From: Lachnospiraceae bacterium
Lineage (GTDB): Bacteria; Bacillota; Clostridia; Lachnospirales; Lachnospiraceae
Length of the DNA stretch: 32,000 bases
Direction of reading: 5' to 3'
Assembly (NCBI GenBank): GCA_014804675.1
Contig: JAAUZH010000018.1
Span: 1,166 to 33,165 of the forward strand
How positions within the stretch are numbered: position 1 is the first letter of the stretch; every line of letters starts with the position of its first letter. A program made the translations under genes and the position numbers. Shown piece by piece: positions 16,604-25,418 of the stretch. The notes below the pieces were generated by a model that worked only from the letters and a program-made list of their open reading frames with translations, was not told the DNA's origin and searched no databases.

Positions 16604-17581
16604 TTATACTACTTTATTGATAAGAGGCAATCCATTTTCCAGTGCATAGGCATTTTCCAAAGTTTCTATGGCAATGGACTGCATTGCCTCCCTTGTAAAG
16701 AATCCCATATGGGAAGTAATGATTACATTTGGGAAGGTGGTCAGTCTTGCCAAAAGCTCATCTTCCATAATATCATTGGAACGGTCCTCATAAAAAACCC
16801 CTTCCTCTTCTTCATATACATCAAGTCCCACTCCTGCAAATTTCTTACTTAAAAGCCCCTCTATCAATGCTTCCGTATCAATCAGCGCTCCTCTTGAAGT
16901 GTTGATTAAATAAATATTGTCTTTCATTTTCGCAATGGTCTTCTTATTGATAATATGCTTCGTCTCTTTCGTCAAAGGACAATGAAGGCTGATTACATCT
17001 GCCTTTTTCATAAGCTCATCCAGTGAAACATATTCTACATCCAAGCCTTTTACCGGATAGGGATCATATGCCAGTATGGACATGCCAAAGCCCTCTAAAA
17101 TCCTTATCATAGCCTGTCCTATCTTTCCAGTTCCTATTACGCCTGCAGTCTTGTTGTTTAAGTCCCGTCCCATCAGTCCATTGATGCTCATATTAAAATC
17201 TCTCGTTCTTCCATATGCCTTGTGCGTAAAGCGGTTCACGGAGAGCAAGAGCGCTGCGGCATATTCTGCTACTGCTTCCGGCGAATAGCTTGGTACTCTG
17301 AGCACAGCTATTTTATCCTCCGCCGCTTTGATATCCACATGATTATATCCGGCGCTGCGTAATAAAATGGCCTTTACTTTCATCTCGTAAAGCTTATCTA
17401 TCATTTGCTTGTTTACATGGTCATTTACGAAAATACAAATCGCATCATAGCCTGCTGCCATAAAAATAGTCTCTTCGTTACAGGGCACCTCCATGAAATG
17501 TAAAGAAAAGCCATACTCTTTTGCAAGTGGCTCAAACCAAATGCGGTCGTATGGCTTTGTTGAATAAAATGCAATTTTCAT
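16604..17581 (-). CDS. ldhA: D-lactate dehydrogenase / D-isomer-specific 2-hydroxyacid dehydrogenase
   Basis: Similar along its length, by eye, to E. coli LdhA (MKIAFYSTKPYD..., NAD motif GVIGTGKIGQAM, SLHCPLT, NTSRGALID, GLDVYEEE, TSHMGFFT). The likely start is MKIAFYS at 17581 rather than the ORF-track 17602. Confidence 0.85.
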   Translation of the reverse strand: MKIAFYSTKPYDRIWFEPLAKEYGFSLHFMEVPCNEETIFMAAGYDAICIFVNDHVNKQMIDKLYEMKVKAILLRSAGYNHVDIKAAEDKIAVLRVPSYSPEAVAEYAAALLLSVNRFTHKAYGRTRDFNMSINGLMGRDLNNKTAGVIGTGKIGQAMIRILEGFGMSILAYDPYPVKGLDVEYVSLDELMKKADVISLHCPLTKETKHIINKKTIAKMKDNIYLINTSRGALIDTEALIEGLLSKKFAGVGLDVYEEEEGVFYEDRSNDIMEDELLARLTTFPNVIITSHMGFFTREAMQSIAIETLENAYALENGLPLINKVV

Positions 17582-17665
17582 AATAATTGAAATCCTTTCC
17601 ATAATTTATATTCTTTCCATTCTTATGATATACATTTTCTTCAATTTTTCAAGTACTATTCACTT

Positions 17666-18589
17666 TCAGCTAAAAAGTTCGGAGAAAAAAGAACCAATGG
17701 ATTTTCCAAGATTCTGAAAAAAGTTGCCTAATGAGTCAAAAAAGCCCTCATCCTGCAAATGATTCACAATGTCATCTCCATATTTATCATACAGCCCTGC
17801 TGCCTGATCCAAAAGCATATTTGGGTCCAAATTCAATTGCTTTACCTTTAGCATAACCTGGACGATCTGCTCCTTGTCGCTGTCTGACAGGGAAACATCA
17901 AAGGTTTCTTCTCCGTCGGAAATGGCTTTTCGAATATCATCTTCCGTTTCCAGCTCTCCCGCCGCAATTTTTTCTTTAATGAAAGCTACCAGCGCTTCCA
18001 CGTCCTCGTTACTCATGCTCTTATTGGCAATCTCACCGGTAGCCACCAGTTCATTCAAAGCCGTGTCCAGTACGGTGTCATCCACTTCTTCTCCCGTTAA
18101 TTCCTCATAGGCACGCAATGCGCCGATAAGACCTGCAGTGCCTGACAGATTGGTAGGACCAACTACTAAAATATCCGCATCCTCTACCCCTGCAGTCAAA
18201 AGTGCATTCCGGTACATCCCTGTAGTACAGTAATCAATATTTTTAGTAGAGACCACAACACCATGACCTTTTTCCGCCGGTGTTACAAGTACACTGGATA
18301 AGGATCTGGTTCCTATGACCGAAGGGCTTACATAAGCATCCAGGTACTTATGCTCTTCCTCATTGGTAACATAAACAACATTATAATTATCCAAATCGCT
18401 AAGGGACAATCCCATAAGCTCCAATACAGTTGCCTTTTGATCCTCTGTCAAATCTGCTCCTAAAGCAATAAAAGGCTTTGAAGTATCAATGTTTACAATC
18501 TTACCTTCTTCACCGCTTGCAAATGCTGTCATGCCTGACAGACAGATAAGCAGGCAAATCATTCCAAGCATGGAAATACATTTTTTCAT
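17666..18589 (-). CDS. Secreted DUF1002 protein (B. subtilis YpuA-like)
   Basis: Signal peptide MKKCISMLGMICLLICLSGMTAFA. LGADLTEDQKATVL...VTNEEEHKYL...NALLTAGVEDA...SGTAGLIGALRAYE matches my recollection of YpuA. ATG 18589 has SD GGAGG at 6 nt, while the ORF-track start is 18616. Confidence 0.8.
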   Translation of the reverse strand: MKKCISMLGMICLLICLSGMTAFASGEEGKIVNIDTSKPFIALGADLTEDQKATVLELMGLSLSDLDNYNVVYVTNEEEHKYLDAYVSPSVIGTRSLSSVLVTPAEKGHGVVVSTKNIDYCTTGMYRNALLTAGVEDADILVVGPTNLSGTAGLIGALRAYEELTGEEVDDTVLDTALNELVATGEIANKSMSNEDVEALVAFIKEKIAAGELETEDDIRKAISDGEETFDVSLSDSDKEQIVQVMLKVKQLNLDPNMLLDQAAGLYDKYGDDIVNHLQDEGFFDSLGNFFQNLGKSIGSFFSELFS

Positions 18590-18608
18590 AATAATTCCTC
18601 CTGACTTT

Positions 18609-19544
18609 CTACACAACTGATAATATCCAATTGAGAAGATCCTTATAAACCTCCTCTTTCACTCCCTCATTTAGTAATTCATGTCTGCATCCATTATATA
18701 ATTTCAACTGCACTTTGGTCAAATCCAAATTCAGGTAAGTATCGTATAACTTCCTTGGACCTTCTCCATAATCTCCTACCGGGTCCTCATCGCCAGAGGC
18801 AATTAAGATTGGCAGCTTCTTTGGTATGGCCTCCAGACTTTTCACATCCTGAGTTCTGCGTATCAGTTCAAAAAGAGTGGCAAAACCGTTTAATGTAAAG
18901 GTAAATCCGCAAAGAGAATCCTCCATATATTTATCCACTACATCCGGGTCTGAGCTGACCCAGTCCATAGTCGTTCTCTTATTTGGAATCCGTTTTTCAT
19001 AAGTACCGAACGCAAGGGCATTGATAAACAGGCTTTTGTGCCTTTTTCCCTGAAACACCGTAAGCGCCTTTGTCAGAAAACGAGCCTGAGCCACTAATGC
19101 TCTTGACTGGTTTCCCGTTCCCAGAATAATGGCTCCATCAATTCCTTTGCCATAACGCATCAGGTAATTTCTTAATATAAAGGAGCCCATGCTGTGTCCA
19201 ATGATAATATAAGGAACACCTAAATATTGTTCCTGGGTTATCTTTTTCAGGCGGTGCACATCCCGGACCACTACGGTTGCCGGATCCTGTTCACAAAAAT
19301 AGCCCAGAGGCATGCCGCTTTCCTTTGCCGTTTCCCCATGTCCTAAATGATCTTCCCCTACTACCACCATTCCATGGGAGGCTAAATATCTGGCAAATTC
19401 GTCATAACGCCCGATATACTCCGCCATACCGTGAATAAGCTGTACCACACAGACAATATTATCCGTTTCGGGAAGCCACTTCATTGCATGGATTTTTGTT
19501 TGCTGATCTCTGGAGTCAAAAGTAAATTCTTCTCTTTTAATCAT
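18609..19544 (-). CDS. Alpha/beta hydrolase (lysophospholipase/monoglyceride lipase-like)
   Basis: Nucleophile elbow GHSMGS, an HG oxyanion region (LIHGMAEY), and C-terminal D...H (GDEDPV, CRHELLNE). Confidence 0.85.
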   Translation of the reverse strand: MIKREEFTFDSRDQQTKIHAMKWLPETDNIVCVVQLIHGMAEYIGRYDEFARYLASHGMVVVGEDHLGHGETAKESGMPLGYFCEQDPATVVVRDVHRLKKITQEQYLGVPYIIIGHSMGSFILRNYLMRYGKGIDGAIILGTGNQSRALVAQARFLTKALTVFQGKRHKSLFINALAFGTYEKRIPNKRTTMDWVSSDPDVVDKYMEDSLCGFTFTLNGFATLFELIRRTQDVKSLEAIPKKLPILIASGDEDPVGDYGEGPRKLYDTYLNLDLTKVQLKLYNGCRHELLNEGVKEEVYKDLLNWILSVV

Positions 19545-19601
19545 AGCTATGCCCCCTTTTCTTTTTTATTCCTTTTCATAACAATGTTGTTTCGGACAGC
19601 T

Positions 19602-21578
19602 TTAGCAGATTTCCGCTCCTGCCGGCATTTCCTTTTCCGGTGTAAGAAGCGCCAGATTCCCCTTATCATCCTCTGCACATAGAAGCATTCCTTCTGACAA
19701 CACTCCCGCCAGCTTGGCAGGCTTTAGATTCACCAATACCATGACTTTCTTTCCTACCATTTCCTCTGGAGAATAATATGCTTTAATGCCGGATACAATC
19801 TGTTTTACCTCACTGCCAATCTGCACCTTGGAGCAAAGCAGCTTCTTACTTTTTGGCACTTCCTCACAGGCAATGATCTTTCCTACCTGGAACTGCATTT
19901 TTTCAAAGTCCTCAAAGGTGATTTCCGGTTTCCTTTCTATATCTATTACATCTTCTAAAGCCGCATCCTGCTCTTCTGTTTCTCCTGCTTCCTGCCTTCT
20001 TTGTTCAAACATGGCCTCTGCTTTTTCCACTACTTCTTTTACATCCAGTCTTGCAAACAGGATTTCCGGCTTCTCCGTTACTTTTGTGCCGCTTTCATAA
20101 AGGCCAAAGGTCTTTGTTTCTTCAAAGTCCCTTATCCTTGTATTTAACTGCTCTGCAATCTTCTTTGCTGTGTCAGGCATAAATGGTTCTAACAGAGAGG
20201 CGCCAATTAAGATTCCTTCAACCAGATTGTATAGAACGGTAGCAAGTCTGTCCTTTTTTGCTTCATCCTTTGCCAGTACCCATGGCTCGGTTTCATCAAT
20301 ATATTTGTTGCACCGCTTAAACAATGCAAATATCTCTGTAATGGCATCCGCCACCCGGAGCTCTTCCATTTTTGCCGCCACTTTATCATAAGTGCCTGCT
20401 GCCACTGCCTTTAAATCAGCATCTACTTCTTCTACTATGCCTTTGTCTGTTACAATACCGTCAAAATATTTATTGCTCATGGAAATGGTACGGTTTACCA
20501 GATTTCCCAACGTGTTTGCCAGATCGGAATTCAACCGCTCTACTAACAACTCCCAGGAAATCACTCCGTCATTTTCAAAAGGCATTTCATGAAGGACAAA
20601 GTAACGAACCGCATCCACTCCAAAGAAATCCACCAAATCATCTGCATAAATCACATTTCCTTTGGACTTGCTCATTTTACCATCGCCCTGTAACAGCCAT
20701 GGGTGTCCGAATACCTGCTTTGGAAGAGGCTCGCCCAAAGCCATTAGGAAAATCGGCCAGTAAATGGTATGGAACCGGATAATATCTTTTCCAATCAGGT
20801 GTAAGTCTGCCGGCCACAGCTTCTTGTACTGGTCAGTGCTGTTTCCGTCTGCATCATAGCCGATACCGGTAATATAATTGGTCAGGGCATCCAGCCATAC
20901 ATAGACCACATGCTTATCATCAAAATCAACGGGAATGCCCCATTGAAAGCTTGTTCTGGATACACATAAGTCCTGTAAGCCCGGAAGCAGGAAGTTGTTC
21001 ATCATTTCATTCTTTCTGGATACGGGCTGGATAAATTCCGGATGGGTGTTGATATGTTCAATCAATCTGTCTGCATATTTGCTCATCTTGAAAAAGTATG
21101 CTTCTTCCTTGGCAGGCTTCACTTCTCTTCCGCAGTCCGGACATTTGCCGTCCACTAACTGGGATTCCGTCCAGAAAGATTCACAAGGGGTACAGTACAA
21201 GCCTTCATAAGCTCCTTTATAGATATCACCCTGGTCATAGAGGCGTTTGAATATTTTCTGAACTTGTTTTTCGTGGAAATCATCAGTAGTACGGATGAAT
21301 TTATCATAAGAAGTATCCATCAAGTTCCAGAGGCCTTTTATGGTGCCTGCCACGTTGTCTACATATTCCTTTGGGGTAATGCCTGCTTCCGCTGCCTTTA
21401 ATTCGATTTTCTGTCCATGTTCATCAGTTCCTGTCTGGAAAAATACATCATAGCCGTCCTTTCTTTTGAATCTGGCAATGCTGTCTGCAAGGACGATTTC
21501 ATAGCTGTTGCCGATATGGGGCTTGCCGGATGTGTAGGCAATGGCTGTTGTTATATAATATTTTCCTTTATTTGTCAT
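19602..21578 (-). CDS. metG: Methionine--tRNA ligase with C-terminal tRNA-binding (EMAP/Trbp111-like) domain
   Basis: HIGH motif as KPHIGN, KMSKS present, a Zn knuckle (CTPCESF...CPDCG), and a C-terminal OB-fold tRNA-binding domain (KIIACEEVPKSKKLLCSKVQIG). SD GGAG lies 7 nt from the ATG, and a TATAAT lies on the complement of 21631-21636. Confidence 0.95.
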   Translation of the reverse strand: MTNKGKYYITTAIAYTSGKPHIGNSYEIVLADSIARFKRKDGYDVFFQTGTDEHGQKIELKAAEAGITPKEYVDNVAGTIKGLWNLMDTSYDKFIRTTDDFHEKQVQKIFKRLYDQGDIYKGAYEGLYCTPCESFWTESQLVDGKCPDCGREVKPAKEEAYFFKMSKYADRLIEHINTHPEFIQPVSRKNEMMNNFLLPGLQDLCVSRTSFQWGIPVDFDDKHVVYVWLDALTNYITGIGYDADGNSTDQYKKLWPADLHLIGKDIIRFHTIYWPIFLMALGEPLPKQVFGHPWLLQGDGKMSKSKGNVIYADDLVDFFGVDAVRYFVLHEMPFENDGVISWELLVERLNSDLANTLGNLVNRTISMSNKYFDGIVTDKGIVEEVDADLKAVAAGTYDKVAAKMEELRVADAITEIFALFKRCNKYIDETEPWVLAKDEAKKDRLATVLYNLVEGILIGASLLEPFMPDTAKKIAEQLNTRIRDFEETKTFGLYESGTKVTEKPEILFARLDVKEVVEKAEAMFEQRRQEAGETEEQDAALEDVIDIERKPEITFEDFEKMQFQVGKIIACEEVPKSKKLLCSKVQIGSEVKQIVSGIKAYYSPEEMVGKKVMVLVNLKPAKLAGVLSEGMLLCAEDDKGNLALLTPEKEMPAGAEIC

Positions 21579-21829
21579 GTTGGTTCTCCTTTTGTAATCA
21601 TTTTAGGTAATGGTAATCGTATTTATTATGATTATACCCTATTTTTCTAAAAAATGGGAATAAAATTAGACTAACACAGTGAGGAGGGATAGTCAAATTT
21701 TTATTGATGGATAAATGGCATTTTTTGTCCTATAACCGCTCGAAATAATGACTCTTCCTTTCCTCTCTAACTATCTATCTTAAAAAAAATTTACTTATAT
21801 CCACATTTTCCGTAAATTCCCCTCATAAA

Positions 21830-23797
21830 ATGGAAAAAACAGAAAGAAAGCAGCCGGTTATGAAAAGCCACAAGAAAAATCTTTTACAGGTATTTGCTTT
21901 TCTTGTTTGCGGAGCAATTATCTTTCTAATTTTTTACTATGGGAAAAGCGGTCATTTTTTTGGTCTTGAAAAAATAAGCGAAAATGCCAAATTCGACTCT
22001 CTATGCTCTGAGCTGTTTGTATCAGAGCTGTCCTCTGATTCCTTAAGCCTTCATTTTACTTTGCGGGACCCTTCCCTGTATGGGATATCAGGTTCGGAAG
22101 TCACCCTTCCTGTCTATAACAAAGAGACGAACCGTACCACTGCTGTCTCCTTGGAAAATGCCAGAAAGCGGCTAAAAAAAATCAAGCGTGATTCTTTATA
22201 TGATGAGTTTTCCTACAGCTATGATGTGCTGGAATATTATTTAACAAGTAATTTAGAAAGCTGCCAGTTCTCTTATTTAGATGAGCCCTTTTCTGCATTT
22301 TCCGGAGTGCAGACAGAATTTCCCCTTCTACTATCCGAATACACATTCGACACAAAAAAGGACGTGGAAAACTACTTGAAAATACTGGAATGCTCCGGCC
22401 CTTACTTAAAAGGGCTAATGGAATATGAAAAAGAGAAATCCGATGCGGGGCTATTTATGTCGGACAAAGAGGCTATAAAAGTCATTTCCTGGTGTGACGA
22501 TTTTACCAAATCCACAGAAAACCATATTTTAGTTACCACCTTTGAAAAGAAGCTGGACACCTTACTGGCAGAAGGGGAAATTTCCTCTTCCGAGAAAAAC
22601 TATTATATTTCACAAAATGACCGGCTTCTAACTACTGTATTATTTCCTGCTTACGACTCATTAGGTGACTGTCTTATTGTTTTAATGGGAACAGGAAAAG
22701 AGCAGGCAGGGCTATGTCATGATGAGAACGGAAAAAAATATTATGAATATCTGGTAAAGTCCAAGGTTGGAACCGATAAATCCATACCGGAAATTAAAGC
22801 TATTTTAACGGATAAGCTGCAGTCGGATTTTCTTCTGCTTCACAGCACAGTAGCCTCACTGCCCTCAGGAGCATATGGAAACTTTCAGGACCCTCTGGAA
22901 ACACTTACTCCCGTTGAAATCTTAGAAGACATTAAAATGAGAATGACATCTCAGTTTCCCTTTAAACCGGATGAATCCTACAGCTATACGGTAAAAGATG
23001 TAGATTCTTCCTTAGAGGCCTATACAAGTCCTGCTTATTATTTTACGCCTCCTCTGGATGCCATTTCACAGAACGTAATCTACATTAACCGTTCCTCAAC
23101 CCACCAGGGAATCGATTTATATACGACTCTGGCTCACGAAGGCTTTCCCGGTCATTTATATCAGTCCGTTGCCTTCCATACCTATTGTGAAAAAGAAAAG
23201 CTGCCTTCTTTAAGAAATCTTCTCTATTTCGGAGGATACATAGAAGGATATGCTACCTATACAGAAATGTTATCCTACGAATATGCTGCCCAGTGCGGCA
23301 GCAGCTTGTCAGAGGACCCCAGTCTGCAAACCATTTATCAGGCAGTGGCCTTGGACAGAAGCATACAGCTTTGCTTATATTCTCTTCTGGATATCATGAT
23401 CCATTATGAGGGCATGAGCGCTGAGGACATTGCACCTTATCTACATAATCTGGGCATTACCGATAGTGAAACCATAGATGCTATTTATTTTTACATTGGA
23501 GCAGAGCCTGCTAACTATTTGAAGTATTATATGGGTTATCTGGAAATACTGGAATGCAAGAAATTAGCAAAAGCTAAATGGGGGAACTCATACAGCGATG
23601 CAAGATTTCATCAACTATTGCTGGAGCTTGGTCCTTCTCCTTTTCCCCTTATCAAAGAAGCCATTCTTGACACTGTCTGGAATGGCTTTTACCTTTTACT
23701 TTTAAAAAACTCCGCCAGAGTTGTCAAGGTCTTTTCTAATACCTCTTTTTCCGGCTCTTCCAATTGGCTTACAATCTGTTCAATCATATCATCATGA
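21830..23797 (+). CDS. DUF885 family protein with N-terminal membrane anchor
   Basis: TM segment LLQVFAFLVCGAIIFLIFYY. DUF885 signature AHEGFPGHLYQ...EGYATYTE. The last ~36 codons (about 109 nt) run antisense through the 3' end of the convergent MarR gene. Confidence 0.8.
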   Translation: MEKTERKQPVMKSHKKNLLQVFAFLVCGAIIFLIFYYGKSGHFFGLEKISENAKFDSLCSELFVSELSSDSLSLHFTLRDPSLYGISGSEVTLPVYNKETNRTTAVSLENARKRLKKIKRDSLYDEFSYSYDVLEYYLTSNLESCQFSYLDEPFSAFSGVQTEFPLLLSEYTFDTKKDVENYLKILECSGPYLKGLMEYEKEKSDAGLFMSDKEAIKVISWCDDFTKSTENHILVTTFEKKLDTLLAEGEISSSEKNYYISQNDRLLTTVLFPAYDSLGDCLIVLMGTGKEQAGLCHDENGKKYYEYLVKSKVGTDKSIPEIKAILTDKLQSDFLLLHSTVASLPSGAYGNFQDPLETLTPVEILEDIKMRMTSQFPFKPDESYSYTVKDVDSSLEAYTSPAYYFTPPLDAISQNVIYINRSSTHQGIDLYTTLAHEGFPGHLYQSVAFHTYCEKEKLPSLRNLLYFGGYIEGYATYTEMLSYEYAAQCGSSLSEDPSLQTIYQAVALDRSIQLCLYSLLDIMIHYEGMSAEDIAPYLHNLGITDSETIDAIYFYIGAEPANYLKYYMGYLEILECKKLAKAKWGNSYSDARFHQLLLELGPSPFPLIKEAILDTVWNGFYLLLLKNSARVVKVFSNTSFSGSSNWLTICSIISS

Positions 23798-24126
23798 AAT
23801 TTTTTATGATGATAAAATGCTTTTCTTCCTTTGGGAGTCAGGGAAACTAAAACAACCCGCCGGTCCTCTTCGCTGCGAACTCTTTTTACATAGCCTTTTT
23901 TAACCAATGAATTTATGGCAATTGTAAGAGTCCCTGTAGTCACATTTAAAGCCTTGGCAACAGCAGACATATTCTTTGTACCATTTATGCCAATAGCCTC
24001 AATTACATGCATATCGTTTGTAGTCATGTTTTTATACTGTCCTGTTCGGATAGCTTTTTCTTCTATTTCATTGATGTCCTTGAATAGTTCCACCAAAAGT
24101 TCATTTAATGCATTGTTTATGTTCAC
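23689..24126 (-). CDS. MarR family transcriptional regulator
   Basis: 145 aa with a GTG start and SD GGAG at 8 nt. Winged-HTH region MSAVAKALNVTTGTLTIAINSLVKKGYVKRVRSEEDRRVVLVSLTPKG. Confidence 0.85.
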   Translation of the reverse strand: MNINNALNELLVELFKDINEIEEKAIRTGQYKNMTTNDMHVIEAIGINGTKNMSAVAKALNVTTGTLTIAINSLVKKGYVKRVRSEEDRRVVLVSLTPKGRKAFYHHKKFHDDMIEQIVSQLEEPEKEVLEKTLTTLAEFFKSKR

Positions 24127-24219
24127 GATACATTCTCCAACCAGATAAGTAATTTAATCTTTATAGTATCCTGCAGATTTTACTGTGTCTCTTCTGCATC
24201 CTGAATTGATTATGCACAC

Positions 24220-24248
24220 ATTTTACCACTGTTTTTCTGACAAATCAA
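24220..24248 (-). promoter_or_regulatory. Candidate SigA promoter for the MarR gene
   Basis: On the minus strand: TTGATT, 17 nt, TGGTAAAAT (TG-extended -10). The ~85-nt leader contains TGCAGA-N15-TCTGCA, a possible operator. Confidence 0.4.
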
Positions 24249-24274
24249 TGAAAATACTTTGATACTCCAACTAT

Positions 24275-25300
24275 TTATAACTTTGCCTTAATATGCCCTA
24301 TATTCTTTATTAGCACAGATACGCTGCCATCCGAATTCGTAATGAATTCCACGCTGCCCGGGTCATTATACTGCTCCATGGGAATCTTAATTTCAATTCC
24401 GGAATCCGTGGTTAAATACTGGGTCTCATATTTCTTTGTAGTGCGCTCGCTCTGGGGTGCGATTTCCTGCTTGACCATATCATATTTTTCCATTTTATCC
24501 TGAAATTCTATTTTTAATTCCGGTTTTTCTTCAAAAATCTTTTCCGCTATTTCCTCTACCACAAATCCTCCGTTTTCCTCTAATGCCTCATGAATAATAT
24601 TTTTGGCACGCATAGTCTGCTCATACAGGGCGCTTTCATCATAGTAATGATTCTGCACGCTTTCCACAGCTTTAGATACAATAGACAGCTTGGACTTATG
24701 GGACAGCTCGCTGCTGCATTTTAAAAATAAATAGGTAAAATAATTGGTTTTTTCTCCATTGACATCATATTTTTTCTCAATGGCACGGACAGATAAATCG
24801 CTTAAATCAATGATAGCCGCTTCTGAAAGTCTTTGGCTTTCTGTTGGAAGAATGGAACGATATTTAATAATTTCATTTTCGTTTCCTTCCCCTTCCTCCA
24901 ATGTCTTTGTGCGGTGAGTATAAGATTCCTTGTAGTTCATTTTCAAAATTGCCAGCTGTTCCCTGTCATTTGCCTTAAAACGCACAATGACCAAATCCGC
25001 CGGCGGAATATCCACGTTGCTGTTCATAATCTGATATAAGTAATTGGCCATATCCTGGCTCATGGGAATAAAGTTTTCCTCGCTGTACTGAATCAGCATC
25101 TGATATACTTCCGATTCCTTTTCATAAAATTTACATTGCTTGCAATCATCGCTGGACATGATTTTATAAATATGCTCCCTCAAAAAATCCGCAAAATCAG
25201 AGCCAAATTCCACTTCTGTATCCGATAGCACCGGCAGCCCTACAAGGGAATCCATAATATGTACAATTACTCTTTTAATTCTGATATCTTCCTTTTGCAT
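24275..25300 (-). CDS. Nucleoid-associated protein (37-kDa NdpA/YejK-like family)
   Basis: The N-terminus IKRVIVHIMDSLVGLPVLSDTEVEF...FLREHI is the typical opening of this family (ihhl...). 341 aa. Call made by motif recall only. Confidence 0.7.
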   Translation of the reverse strand: MQKEDIRIKRVIVHIMDSLVGLPVLSDTEVEFGSDFADFLREHIYKIMSSDDCKQCKFYEKESEVYQMLIQYSEENFIPMSQDMANYLYQIMNSNVDIPPADLVIVRFKANDREQLAILKMNYKESYTHRTKTLEEGEGNENEIIKYRSILPTESQRLSEAAIIDLSDLSVRAIEKKYDVNGEKTNYFTYLFLKCSSELSHKSKLSIVSKAVESVQNHYYDESALYEQTMRAKNIIHEALEENGGFVVEEIAEKIFEEKPELKIEFQDKMEKYDMVKQEIAPQSERTTKKYETQYLTTDSGIEIKIPMEQYNDPGSVEFITNSDGSVSVLIKNIGHIKAKL

Positions 25301-25342
25301 TTGTATTTTCCTCCTCTATCATAGCTGTTAGATGCTCCCTGT

Positions 25343-25380
25343 CAGAAAACGAAGGGGCTCATTTACATACTCTGAGTCCC
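25343..25380 (-). terminator. Possible terminator after the EAL gene
   Basis: On the minus strand: GGGACTCA-11 nt-TGAGCCCC (7 of 8 bp paired) followed by TTCGTTTTCTG. Confidence 0.35.
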
Positions 25381-25418
25381 TTTGTCTGATTCTTTTTCTT
25401 TTATTCGATTTAAGATAC

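Noticed and set aside
19786-20782. Several plus-strand ORFs (60-136 aa) inside metG
   Set aside because: They are antisense or alternative frames of an unambiguous methionyl-tRNA synthetase. None has an SD.
21579-21829. Possible T-box or other leader upstream of metG in the 250-nt divergent intergenic region
   Set aside because: I looked on the minus strand for the conserved T-box sequence (AGGGTGGNACCGCG-like) and for a terminator/antiterminator pair and found neither. The region looks like ordinary divergent promoters (TATAAT on the complement of 21631-21636).
21955-22181. T7 and A8 homopolymer runs inside the DUF885 gene as possible phase-variation switches
   Set aside because: The runs are short for slipped-strand switching, they encode ordinary Phe/Lys stretches in AT-rich DNA, and there is no supporting evidence.
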